From the NCBI GenBank assembly GCA_965153285.1, contig OZ229110.1: 64,000 bases of DNA; one strand, written 5' to 3'. A program made the position numbers and the translations under genes. Below the pieces are notes generated by a model that was not told the origin of the DNA, searched no databases, and saw only the letters and a list, made by a program, of their open reading frames with translations. Shown one piece after another: positions 49,030-59,600 of this stretch. Each line of letters starts with the position of its first letter. The first letter of the stretch is position 1. The stretch is from Podarcis tiliguerta (Eukaryota).

Positions 49030-49100
49030 AGGGGCATTTTAAGGATTAAGAGCTTTATTTTGGCATAAGTATTCATGGACTATAGTCCATTTCATCAAAA
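49030..49100 (-). mobile_element. Penelope-like terminal repeat fragment with decayed hammerhead motif (related ~46650-46700, 47955-48040)
   Basis: ggcattttaaggattaa..tggcataag..catggactatagtccatttcatca resembles reptile Penelope termini. Confidence 0.5.
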
Positions 49101-49307
49101 AGTGATAGTCATGCCTGAGGGTAAAACGTTTTGCTAGAGAATTCCACAGGAGATATTGGGGAGTGTGTTCACCAACAACGGACATAACTGCTTTTGGTGG
49201 ACGCTCCTATTTTTCTGTGTGAATCCATATGTAGTCTGCTTAATTTCACTCCTTATTATATGATTTGGAGATGTGTGCAGCATTAGGTGAACTACTGGCT
49301 GGTGCCA

Positions 49308-49724
49308 TAGGGATGGGGGAGAATTTTGCTTCTGTTTGCATTTTAAGACAAACCTATTTAATTTGCATTTCCTGTAACAACATGGAAAACAAAACACAGC
49401 CATCTTTCCCTGAACTTTGTGGTGAGGTTCTCCACCCAAAAGTGATGTACAAAAATGCCACCAATTAGGAGAAAGTATAAATATGCATATACTCAGGGAT
49501 AGTGTAAAGAAAAATGCACATATTAGTGAAAAATGACATATAAAAACACAATAGCGAAAAATTGGATTTTAGCCAAAATTGGAAATGAATCAGGCGTTAA
49601 AATGCCGTTGGGTTTTTTGCGAGGGCAAATTCACACACTGATACAGAAAACGTGGCAAACTGAATTTAAGATGGTGGAAATGAAGAACTGAGGGAAATTA
49701 AAACGGATAGATTTGTTCCTCCCT
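49308..49724. mobile_element. AT-rich DNA-transposon-like repeat (related copy ~31378-31756)
   Basis: TAGGGATG terminus; shared AACTGAATTTAAGA..GAAA..AGAT..CCC end. Confidence 0.5.
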
Positions 49725-49989
49725 GGATGAGGGTGTTTTGAGTATACCAAAGGGGTTCATTGTGACGACTGTGGGTGATCCACTCAAGCAGCTTGTCCTG
49801 ACAATACAATACTGTATCTGCTCATCCGAGCAAAGCTCCAGTTCTTCCCAACTCTTAGGATATCCTCTGATTCTGTTGCTTGCTACCCCAAACTGTTCTC
49901 ATCCCTTCCAGTCCTCCTAAGGCAGCGTTTGCATTGGGAACAGCCCAGACAGCGGAGCCTCGCCCTGCCACTCTGTCTCTCAGCCAGAG

Positions 49990-50303
49990 GGCAGGAATGG
50001 TTGCAGCTGCTCCATCTGGGTCCCTCTGGGCTGGTCAATGTGATTACACAGCACCGGGCTGCAATCAGTGCAGCCCCAATTCTCACAGGTAGCTGGCAGC
50101 AGGCTATATAAGGGAGCGCCCAGGATTCCCGTCTGGGCAGGGGGGACGGGGGCCCCCCCAGCCAAAGAAGGAGACGTCAGGGCAGGAATGCAGCTGTGGG
50201 CATGGGCAGACCTGGCTTCTCCCCTGCAGAGATATAAATTTGGGTGGGATGAGGGGCCTGTGGCCTTTTCCAACACAGCGGAGCTGCATTGGTGCTGTCT
50301 ACG
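49990..50303 (+). promoter_or_regulatory. SPEGNB: candidate SPEGNB promoter and non-coding exon 1
   Basis: GGAATG at 49994 and 50185, CAGCTG at 50004 and 50191, CArG-like CTATATAAGG at 50104, TATAAA at 50233, donor ACG|gtaaga at 50303/50304. Confidence 0.6.
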
Positions 50304-50520
50304 GTAAGAGAGCTCAACCTCATCAGCAGAGAAGGGGACCCCTGAGAACTCATGCCCTGTCCCAGCCCTACCACATGCTCCAACAACACCCTACCTTGGG
50401 ACATGCCTTGGGGATTGGGAGAGCTGCCTCTTAACTCTCCTTATCTGAGGCACTTTGATCCATAAAAGACATGGATCAAAACAGAACGGCTCAGCCGCTC
50501 GCCAACTGGACAACCTCTTC

Positions 50521-50666
50521 CATGGCTCAGTTGGTAGAGCAGGAGACTCTTAATCTCAGGGTCATGGGTTTGAGCCCCACATTGGGCAAAAGATCCCTTC
50601 ATTGCAGGGGCTGGACTAGATGACTGTCATGGTCTCTTCCAACTCTACAGTTCTGTGATGCTATGA
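50521..50666 (+). mobile_element. tRNA-Lys(CTT)-headed SINE with CR1-type tail (in SPEGNB intron 1)
   Basis: GGCTCAGTTGGTAGAGCAGGAGACTCTTAATCTCAGGGTCATGGGTTTGAGCCCCAC + CATTGCAGGGG..GGACTAGATGAC..TTCCAACTCTA. Confidence 0.87.
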
Positions 50667-51003
50667 CCCTCACCAGAGTGTGTCTAAAACTGGAGATATA
50701 ATAATGAGGGTGTGGGCGAAAGCACAACTTTACTCTCATCCCACTTCAGTGGGGGGTCTGGACTGATTTGCCCTGGAAGAGTGAAGATGACACTCAGTGA
50801 GGTGTCTTTGCACTTGTATACATGGAGCAAGACAGCATGGGTCCTCTTGAGATGGTTGATGTGAGCCTCATGTTAGAGTGGTACTGGCGTTGGGTGGAAG
50901 CAGGGAGGAAGAGGGTTGGACTCTGTGCTATGTAGGAGCCTGTTTCTCTCCCTCTCTCCCCCGCCCCCAATATTGAACCTGCTACTCCTCCATCTCCCCA
51001 CAG

Positions 51004-51137
51004 ATGTCAAAAGCTGCACCCAAGAAACCAGCAGCAGGTGGTGCAGCCCCTCCCCCTGCAGGATTTTCCCTGGACATAAATGACCCTCAGGTGCAGAATG
51101 CTGCCATCCGCATCCAGGCTTCCTATCGTGGGCACAG
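51004..51137 (+). CDS. SPEGNB: SPEGNB coding exon 1 (start + IQ motif)
   Basis: ccacag|ATG; CAG|gtgagg; missed by ORF track. Confidence 0.92.
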
Positions 51138-54100
51138 GTGAGGGGGATAGCAGGTGGGAGGATGGGACCGTTATCAGGGCTGGGCTGAAAATGCACCTCT
51201 TTTGTCCCTGCTTTTGACACCCAAGAATGGGTCCACTCTGCTCTTCTGGTGGTAAATCGTTTTAACTGGTTTTCATCTTGCATGTTCATATTGTTGCAAC
51301 CCACCCTATGGTAAAGGATGGGTAAAAAATCCAAGTATTATTATTATTAGTAGTAGTAGTAGTAGTAGTAGTGTCCAGTAGTGTTGAGCGCAGGAGAGCT
51401 TGTAGAACTGAACATCAAGACTGATTATGTCTCCAGTAGTATGTGGTATGGCTGTGCAGAGGGGCTCAGACCCATAACATCTCCACCCCATCTGCATACA
51501 CTATCGACACTTCCTCTTGTTCCCACTGCTGCTGGGTTCCCCCCAGATTGCCATTTGTTCCAATATATCACTTAAGAGCAGCTTTTCCACCAAAAAGGAG
51601 CAAGGCAAGCGGAAAACTTGGCACAGCACAAGTGGAAGGGTTAATGAGCCCTGACCTTGTTTGGTGGTAAAATCATCAGAGGGAGCTCCCTTGGTTGTTC
51701 CACTGTCCTCAGAAGTTCAAGGCGTGGTGGCCTGGAAGAGGACATTTTCCATGTGGGGCATCCCTAAATTTTGGAGTTCCCACTCTGCAGAGGTGTGCCC
51801 AGCACCTTCATCGCATTCTGAAAATACATCTCTTTACCTTGACATTTGACTATTTATTTATCTGTCTCTCTGTGCTTCTGACAACCCACCCTATTCTTGT
51901 GAGTCTAATTTGTTTTAAACATCTTTCAATATTGAGTTTTTAAATTGCTGTGGCTCATCCCTGGGCGCTGGGTAATAAATCAAATAAATAAGGCTCAAGA
52001 GTGTGCTCATGAAGACAAAGGGCAACCTGAGCAGTATTTTGAGAAGCTGTGGTGGTTCCAGAATATAGTTGTGCAGTGGAAGAGGGTGCAAGAGATGGCA
52101 GTCATGAAATGGATGGGGGAGAAGGGCAAAAACCAAGGAGGAGGTGAGAGAAGCAGCCAGAGACTTTGGGGAGGCAGCAAGTGATCTTGGAGAAGAGGCA
52201 ACAGAGGACTGGCTTTAGGCATGTAGCAATGAGGGGAAAAACAAAACTCCAGCACATGTGAGAACTGCAGGTTTGCCCTCTGCCATTCTTATTACAGCCC
52301 AAAACATTGTCTGGAATTGGGAAGTTTGGCTGCATAAAGATTCCAAAACTTTCATGGGGAAGGGGAACTTTGGGGACGGAAAGAAGGTGGACGGATGCCT
52401 TGCTTCACTGGGATAGTTTCTCCTTTGCTCCATTTAACTAAAATACTTAAAATGTAGCACTCCTGGCAGCACACTTAGGGCTCATCCACACTTACCTTTT
52501 GCCCTCGGCTTTCTAGGCACATGTCCACATTTTAAAACGCCACATGCGAGAGTTGTTGTGGCCCCCCCCCCTACTTTCCCCAGGAAAACTTGCTCTTTAA
52601 TGCTGAATCGGAACAAACAGCACTTCAGAGTTTCTGTGGATTGCTGTTTGCTCCAATTTGGTGCTAAAGAGCAGGTTTTCACAGGGGAAGAACCACAGCA
52701 AAAAAGGCGGGGCTCAGATATGGAGGTTTAAAACACATACATGTGACTAGAAACATAGCACAAAAGGAAGTCTGGATGAGCCCTGACTCAGGTGGCCTCA
52801 AGACAGTCAGCATCTTGCAGGAAGGATTGAGGCACATACAGAAGTTTGCACAATGGCAGTGCTATGTTGCTGTAGCACAACATATCCACTTTTTAAAATA
52901 ACTGTCTTTTGTGGTTAGGAAGTACACTGTAAAGTGTGGGCTTAATGTATCGTTAACAGAAAGACGCACACACCCCTCCAAAGTAAATCAGGATGAATGC
53001 CCATTGCCATAGAGCTACCGCCACAAACAAATCGCCTCAATGAAAATCAGGCATAAGCAGTGAAGTCATTTCCCCTTGCTGCGTTTCAAGCCACTCCTGC
53101 ACATTGCTGTACACACCAGAGAGTGTGCAGGGATGCCTTCACCTGATGTGCATCACCTCTTTGGTTTTCCTGCGTCTGCCACACACCCACCCTCCAGCAC
53201 CAAATTCTGATTCAATGAAGCAGTGGTCTGTGTATGCCAATGGGTGTCTTGCATGTTGGTACCTCATCTTAACCTTGGCTTCTGCTTGCAAATCGGATGG
53301 AAAATGGTTTGAGGGAAAATGCATCCAACAGCAGAATTTCTCCAGAAACTACAGGATAGACATGAATTGTGGCTAACATCATGTGCTGAGGGCTTCAAAC
53401 ACCAGCAGTGGGAGCGCACTGGAGCCAGAGTAAATGATAATGAGTACACAGCCATAGTCTAACCACCAGGTGATCTTTGTGCAAGAAAATCAGGTTCACA
53501 CCTCAGCTCCTCCATTCAATCCAGTTTCTGAACTACTAGCAACCTCTTCATTGAGGATTCATTCGGATTTGGTTGCACAAAGTTTGTGAGCAGCTTATAT
53601 GGCATTGGCTGTTTATTTAGCATTCATTTTGATTTGTTTGCCGGGAGGTTACATGATGACATGTCAAGGAATTGTTATCCCATGATTTCTAGTACGTTTT
53701 CTTGTCCCTTCCCCAACAATAATAATAATAACCTGGTTTTATTTTATTGGAAGTGGGTTTGTTGCACCAGAGAGCTAAATCCACATCAATTGCACAATCT
53801 GAATTTTCTGGCACGCAGTTGACTCTTGTGTGCAAAATAGCCACAGCCTTGGAAGCACCCAAATCTCCCACCACTCTTGCTCACCACTCTCATTTGCCTT
53901 GGAACTAAGGGTGCAGCAGCTATTCAGTTTAAGGAGGTAACTCCAACATCAAAATATAAGCCAATGACTATGTTTTCCTCACTGATTTTACTTGTTTTTA
54001 TCAATTCTGTGGAGCTGAGGAGAAGAGGGATTGAGTAAGAAGAATTCTGCTGGAAGGTCCCATTTTCCCAGTCAATCAGATTCTACCCATTTAGCCACAG

Positions 54101-56748
54101 AGCATTTACTATCATCATAATATTGTTGATTCATTAGCTGCAGCTTGATAACATGTGGTTCTGAGTGGTTGGCAGGCTGGTCGGTGGTTGGCTGCTCCTT
54201 CCAGGCTGCCCAGTTGTGTCACAGCTGGCGGCTGCTGCTGTTATCTCCTGCCGTTCTTCTGATCTCTGTCTGGTTTGTCCCTGGGTACCATTAGAGGCAG
54301 AGCACTTTGCCACCTCATTCATGGGGGAGAGGAGCTCCAAGAGGAGCCTTAAAGGCCTGCTGCTTAACCCCCTCCTCTCCACTACCAGGTCCCGCAAGGA
54401 AATGAAGGAGAAGGGCCCCCCACGGGTGCTGAAGAACCTCACAGACGTGATGCTGATCGAGGGGAGCGCAGCCAAGCTGGAGTGTCGCATCAGTGCCTTC
54501 CCCGACCCCTTCATCCGCTGGTCCAAAGATGGTGCGGAACTCAAGGACGGGCCCAAGTACCGCTATGTCTTTGAGGACCCAGACATCGTCGCCTTGGTGG
54601 TCCGTGACGCTGGCCTTCCTGACCTGGGCAAGTACACCATCTCCGTGAAGAACCCCTTCGGAGAGTGCTTCGACTCGGCACGTCTCCTCGTGGAAGGTAA
54701 TACGGCCTGCCTCCTTTCCTTACATAGCCACACACCCCTTCTAAACTTAGCCACGCACATCCCCTGGGAAGCCAAGCCCTTCTTGCAAAGTTCCTCATTA
54801 CGGGGAGATCTCAATTTGGCACATCTCAGGAGGGGAAGGTAATAGCACTCTCTGCTCTGCTCCTTCAAGTCATCGCCCCCCCCCATTCCCTGCCCATTTC
54901 TATTCATAGCCTTGTGTCTTGCGTAGAGAAAGCCAAGCCCCTTCTAACTTTAGCCATGCCTCTGCCAAGACGTAGCCTTCTAGATCTCATCGTGGCCCTA
55001 CCTAGCTATGATGCCAGACCTGAAGGAAGAGAAGAAAGGCAGGGGGAACCCTCTGATGGCAACTCAGGATAGTTTAGTCAGTCATCAGGAAAGGAGGCTA
55101 ATCCCTGAGAGTTCGGCCCAAGAGGACAGTCTCCTTTCACAACACCTACTGCCTCTAGGCATGGGTTGGAAGGAGGAAACTGCAGAGTCTACATCCCTGC
55201 GCAGTATACAAAAACCTGCATAACAAGAAATTGTTCTGACTCTCAACTTCTGTTCTACAGTGAACCTGGTACCTGGAGAGCTCCTTTGTAGGAATTTATT
55301 TACCTCGTTTCCCCAAGTATACCTATGGTGCAACAGGGTTTGCCAAGTAAATAACTGGAAGATATTCCGTGGCCATCAGACAGAAATTCTAGAGCACCTG
55401 GAACAGGACACAGCACCATTACAAAACTCGCACCCCCAGCATTAGGTCCTCATGACCTAGCAGAGGATTCTGCCGCCCGTCCCCTTGGCAAAAGATGGCT
55501 AAGGAAGGGCCCTTCCTCTGATCTCACCTGCTCTCTCCCTCTGCAGTGCCTGCCAAGATTCAGAAGGGCCCAGACAGCACAAAAGCCAAGAAAGGCAGCA
55601 CAGTCAACCTGACAGCCCACATCAGTGGGGAGCCCGCACCGGATGTTGGCTGGGCCAAGGATGGCGAGGATATTGAAGAGGACGATCGGTGAGTGAAATT
55701 CACCACTGGTGTAATAAGCTTCATAGCACCAACACTGCTTGGGCAGGTGGGCAGCAAGGGGAGCCCAAGAACCAGGTCCCCCACCCCTTTCTTTCCTGAT
55801 CCCATAAAAACTACTCGTTCGTGTTCAAATCAACAGGGCTGGTGCAATAGCTTGAATTCTTGCATGGGGAACGCGATAACATAAGCTTTCCTTTTTGAAA
55901 GAAAGAAGGAAGCACGTAGTTCTTCTGGTTATTACAGAGGACCTTAATGTGTAAGAATCAAAGGACACGTGTGTTGAGTCAGGATAAGTGTGATTTCTTC
56001 ATTTAACACAAGTCCTGTTGATTCCTGTGTTCTCATTTGTATTGGACCACGATGGAACTGACCTGGCAGAGCTAAAAGGATCAAGATCAGGCGCTTCCTA
56101 GCCTAGTAGTTAATGGGGAGGAAGTGAGAGAAAGATCAGCATCTGTAATTGCAGTCATTCTGAAATTCTTCAGTCCTCAGCAACTCCCCCCCCCCTCCCT
56201 GCAGCATTGGTACCATTTTCAAAGCCAGCACTGCATTTTAAAAACAGACTTTAGGTCAGGCCATCAAGAAAGGTGCTTTTAATTAGTATTTTTTTATGGG
56301 GACAGAATTAGTAGACTGTTCCAGTGCCATAATATGAAAATCATGGGCCTTGGGGTAGAGTCTTGTTTTTGATAAGTCCAGCCCAAGTTAAAACAGCCTT
56401 GACCTCCATTGTCAAAAATAAAATAAAATAAATCAAGTGCAAGGCCATATTTTTGCTGGTTCTGCAGCCCAGTTTGTCAGCCTCACCCAAATGGAACTGA
56501 TGGACTGCCAGTGGTCCATGGGTCAATTTAGCAGCTTCTGCTTTGTGTCCCAACACCAGCTGTCTCTAAGGGCCCTGACTTGAGATTTCCACCTTTCCCT
56601 TCCCTGCAGCATATACTATAACATCGGCAGTGACTCAACAACTCTCACCATCAAAAAGGTGTCGCCGGCGGATGCTGGGAAGTACGAGGTCTTTGTGGAG
56701 AACAGCCTGGGCATGGACCAGTCTTTTGCACGCCTTGATGTGATCTGA
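51004..56748 (+). CDS. SPEGNB: SPEG neighbor protein, complete: 240 aa, IQ motif + 2 Ig I-set domains (4 coding exons)
   Basis: exons 51004-51137, 54389-54696, 55547-55688, 56610-56748 total 723 nt in frame; MSKAAPKKP..IQASYRGHRSRKE..SAFPDPFIRWSKDG..ENSLGMDQSFARLDV matches remembered human SPEGNB; lies between SPEG and GMPPA. Confidence 0.94.
51336..51372. repeat. (TAT)n(TAG)n microsatellite
   Basis: direct reading. Confidence 0.9.
52478..52783. mobile_element. PIF/Harbinger-like MITE
   Basis: TIRs GGGCTCATCCACACTT / AAGTCTGGATGAGCCC (15/16 match), flanked by TTA and TGA. Confidence 0.65.
54389..54696 (+). CDS. SPEGNB: SPEGNB coding exon 2 (Ig1)
   Basis: taccag|GTC; AAG|gtaata. Confidence 0.94.
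55547..55688 (+). CDS. SPEGNB: SPEGNB coding exon 3 (Ig2 N-half)
   Basis: ctgcag|TGC; TCG|gtgagt. Confidence 0.93.
56610..56748 (+). CDS. SPEGNB: SPEGNB coding exon 4 (Ig2 C-half, stop)
   Basis: ctgcag|CAT; TGA at 56746. Confidence 0.93.
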
Positions 56749-57216
56749 GCTCCTGCCTCCCCCTGCCTCCTGTACAGTTCCCCCAAAAAAGAAACTCTCT
56801 GTCATTGCAAAGTATGGTCCAGGGCCATTGTCCTGGAGAGAAGGCTGGGGAAAGCAAATTAAGCCCTGCAATGGTGCTGTAGGGATATCCTGTCCTGTCC
56901 CCCCTAAGATGCAATAGGGAGTCCTTCTCTCATTGCCCCTTTGGCTCTCGCCAATGTCATTCTGCCATACCTTTCCTGGCAAGAATTCCCCACTGTGCCC
57001 CAGGGCTAAATCCATTTCTTGGGCAGGTGGGTCCCATCTCCTTGCAGGCTAATCACTTTGTGCAGCCATCGCTGAAATGCCTCCACTCCAAGGACGCAGA
57101 AGGGCTGTGCAGTCCTCCCATCGGCAGCACCCACTTTCCCCCAGCACTTCAGAGATTGTGAACCATCCCAGAAGCCTCCAGATTCTTCCTGACCTGTTTT
57201 CTTGCTATATGAACTA

Positions 57217-57222
57217 AATAAA
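57217..57222 (+). terminator. probable SPEGNB poly(A) signal
   Basis: AATAAA ~470 nt after the stop, GT-rich tract (ttgtgtgtg) ~25 nt downstream. Confidence 0.6.
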
Positions 57223-59039
57223 ACCAGCTGGTTGTACAGAGGACTTGTGTGTGCTACATGCAATTTATCAGCAGGAAATTAAAATCCTGGGAATCTCATT
57301 TGTGTGCTGCAAAGGTGGGGTGTGGGAAGAGTTTCTAGCTTTTTTTCTTTCTCAGATAAAACCTATAGTCAACAAGAAGGTTCTGTTGGTTCAGAGAATA
57401 GGTGCTCATCCTTTTGTCTGTGCCATGTTATCTAGGCACCGGTTTGTAATTTCTAGGTGTGGGTCTGAATGGGGTTCTAGTTTGTCCCATCACTTTCCCC
57501 AGGAAAACCAAGTTTGCTTCTAAATCCAGCAATCCATGCAGTTTGCTCCAGTTCAGTGGTAAACAGAGGGGCCAGACAAAAAAAACCCTGCTCCAACACA
57601 GGCCTAGAAATCACAGGCCTATGCCTTGAAAGCATAGCACAAATGGAAGTGCAGACGATTCCTAGGATTGCTGCAGACTAGAAGGCCCCGTGAGTCAAGC
57701 TGGTCCCCTAATGGGTCCTGCTAAAAAAAGAAATAATAATCTTACATCTTCATTCTGGGTTGCTGGCTGCACAGTTAGGTCTCTCTCCTCTCACATTGTG
57801 TTTCCTGAAATGTAGTTCTTCTCAGTAAGTTCTGGAACCAGGACTTTGCCCTTATTCCCTTGGCAACACTGCCTCTTGCAGGCACTAAGGGGCACTGCAG
57901 GACCCCTTTCCCCTGCCCCACAAGCAAGCTGTTCTGGAGATATAAATAGTCCTTCCTGACCATATCAGGGATTGTTTGGACTGCACAGCTGCTCATCTTA
58001 TTCACATGACAACAGTACACAACGCTGTATGTCTATCTCTCACAAATGATGCCATGCCTGGCAGGCTCAACACTAAAGCATATAATGAAGAGTGTTTCTG
58101 GGTACGTGCAGAGTGCTTTCTACAAATGAGCATCTTGTAGTGGATCACAGTCCAGCAAGTGTAGTGGTAAATTTTGAAGTACAGCAGCTCATCACAACGG
58201 CCTCCATAGCAAGACATCCCAGGAAACGTCAAAAAATGGCAGACAAATGTGTTGATCTTGATGGATTATTGTAACACAAACACCAATATAGAACATAATG
58301 CTAAAAGTTATTAGGATTAGGATGCAATTCTATGCAGAGTTTCCTGGGACTAAGCGCTATTGGATTCAGTAGTGCTTTCTTGTAACTGCACCGGTTCAGC
58401 TCGTAAAACCACAGAAAGCTTTAAGAAAAGATCCTCAATCAGTAGCCCTTCTTTTAAATTAGAAGTGCAAATCATCCTACAAATAAGTAAGAAGCCACAC
58501 TCACCTGCCCCACACCCACCGTGTATGCCAGACCTGGCTTAAAATGTGCTTGTACCTTGCAAGCAAGGCAGGAATTTACACAAGCTCCAATAGGGTTGGC
58601 TGCCATTTGAGCTCCCAAGTGGAGTCGCTCTCTTCCGAAAAGGGGTTTTTGCAGGCTCTGCCGATTGGTGGCTAATCCTTGCACTACATTAATGGTGAGG
58701 GCTGACTGCGCTTACTCAAATGGAGAGAGGAAGCCGTCTGCACATGCTCAGTAATCTGCATTCTCTCTAGAATCACTTCGCATGGTTCAAGCCTGCAATC
58801 TGAGAACTGATTCTTGGTTCCGCCCTCGAAGTGCCATCCCTTATAGCCTGGGCAGGCAGAGCAGTTCTTCCTGCCCTGTTTTGCAAAAATAGGCTTGGGG
58901 CAGGATGCCGCAAAGTGAAGCACCGTACGAGTCCCGTTTGAGCAGGCCAGTGGCCCATCTGCTCTCAACCCGATGCCTGTGGAAAGAAGCCCGAAAGCAG
59001 GACTGTTCTTCTTGGGGCAGCGAGGAAGGACCAAAACCG

Positions 59040-59600
59040 CCCCACGGCTTGCAACTTCCTCCCCACCCCAAACGCCCTAGCCTTCCCGGACAGCGAAAAC
59101 AGCCAATCCAGGAGGATCCGCGTCAGCGCTGCCGGCCGGCTTCTCCCGCGGCGACGCGCCGACTGGATCGCTCAAGGCCCGCCCTGCGCGCGGCGGCGGA
59201 CCCGGCCAGCGGTGACGTGGCATTCTCACGTGCTCGGAAGCAGAACTCGCCGAGGAGGGGACGCAGGATCGGCGCTGCGCACGGCTGCCCCTCTCGTCGC
59301 CATCCCTCGCGGGACGCCCTGCCTTCCAGTCTTGCGCGCCCCCCAGACGAAGAGGGCGATGCTGAAAGCCGTGGTCCTCATCGGCGGCCCCCAAAAAGGT
59401 GAGAGCCGCCAGCAATCCTAAAGCGGCCGGCCGAGCTTTGCTTCCCTCCCGCCCGGTGCACCTGCCCATCAGAGGAGACCCGCCGCCCCTCCCTTGCCCC
59501 ACCTGCGGCGCCCATGGGGCTTGCGGGGTCAGGCGGAGGGACGTGGCCTCTGTCTCGAGGGGCGGGAGAGCCGAGTCTAAGGTCAGGGAGAGAAGTGGGG
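59040..59600 (+). promoter_or_regulatory. GMPPA: CpG island / GMPPA promoter
   Basis: dense CpG; CCAAT at 59103, TGACGTGGCA at 59213, CACGTG at 59227, CGGAAG at 59235; spans the ATG exon. Confidence 0.85.
59359..59398 (+). CDS. GMPPA: GMPPA coding exon 1
   Basis: gcgATGc; AAG|gtgaga. Confidence 0.94.

Noticed and set aside
50521-50588. Apparent tRNA-Lys(CTT) gene (also tRNA-Ile-like at 1683 and tRNA-Ala-like at 61629)
   Set aside because: Acceptor stem and T-loop are degenerate and each continues into a shared retroposon tail; these are SINE heads
40388-54389. Phase-compatible SPEG-to-SPEGNB read-through splice (HPW|SRK vs normal HPW|SRP)
   Set aside because: Would truncate the kinase 2 fold and must bypass the SPEG poly(A) signals; SPEGNB has its own promoter candidate; phase match alone is a 1-in-3 coincidence
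59103-59121. Possible ERSE (CCAAT-N9-CCACG)
   Set aside because: The sequence after N9 is TCCGC, not CCACG
59322-59346. Acceptor-like sequence 12 nt before the GMPPA ATG, suggesting a 5'UTR intron
   Set aside because: No convincing donor between the promoter motifs and this AG; cannot be supported without transcripts
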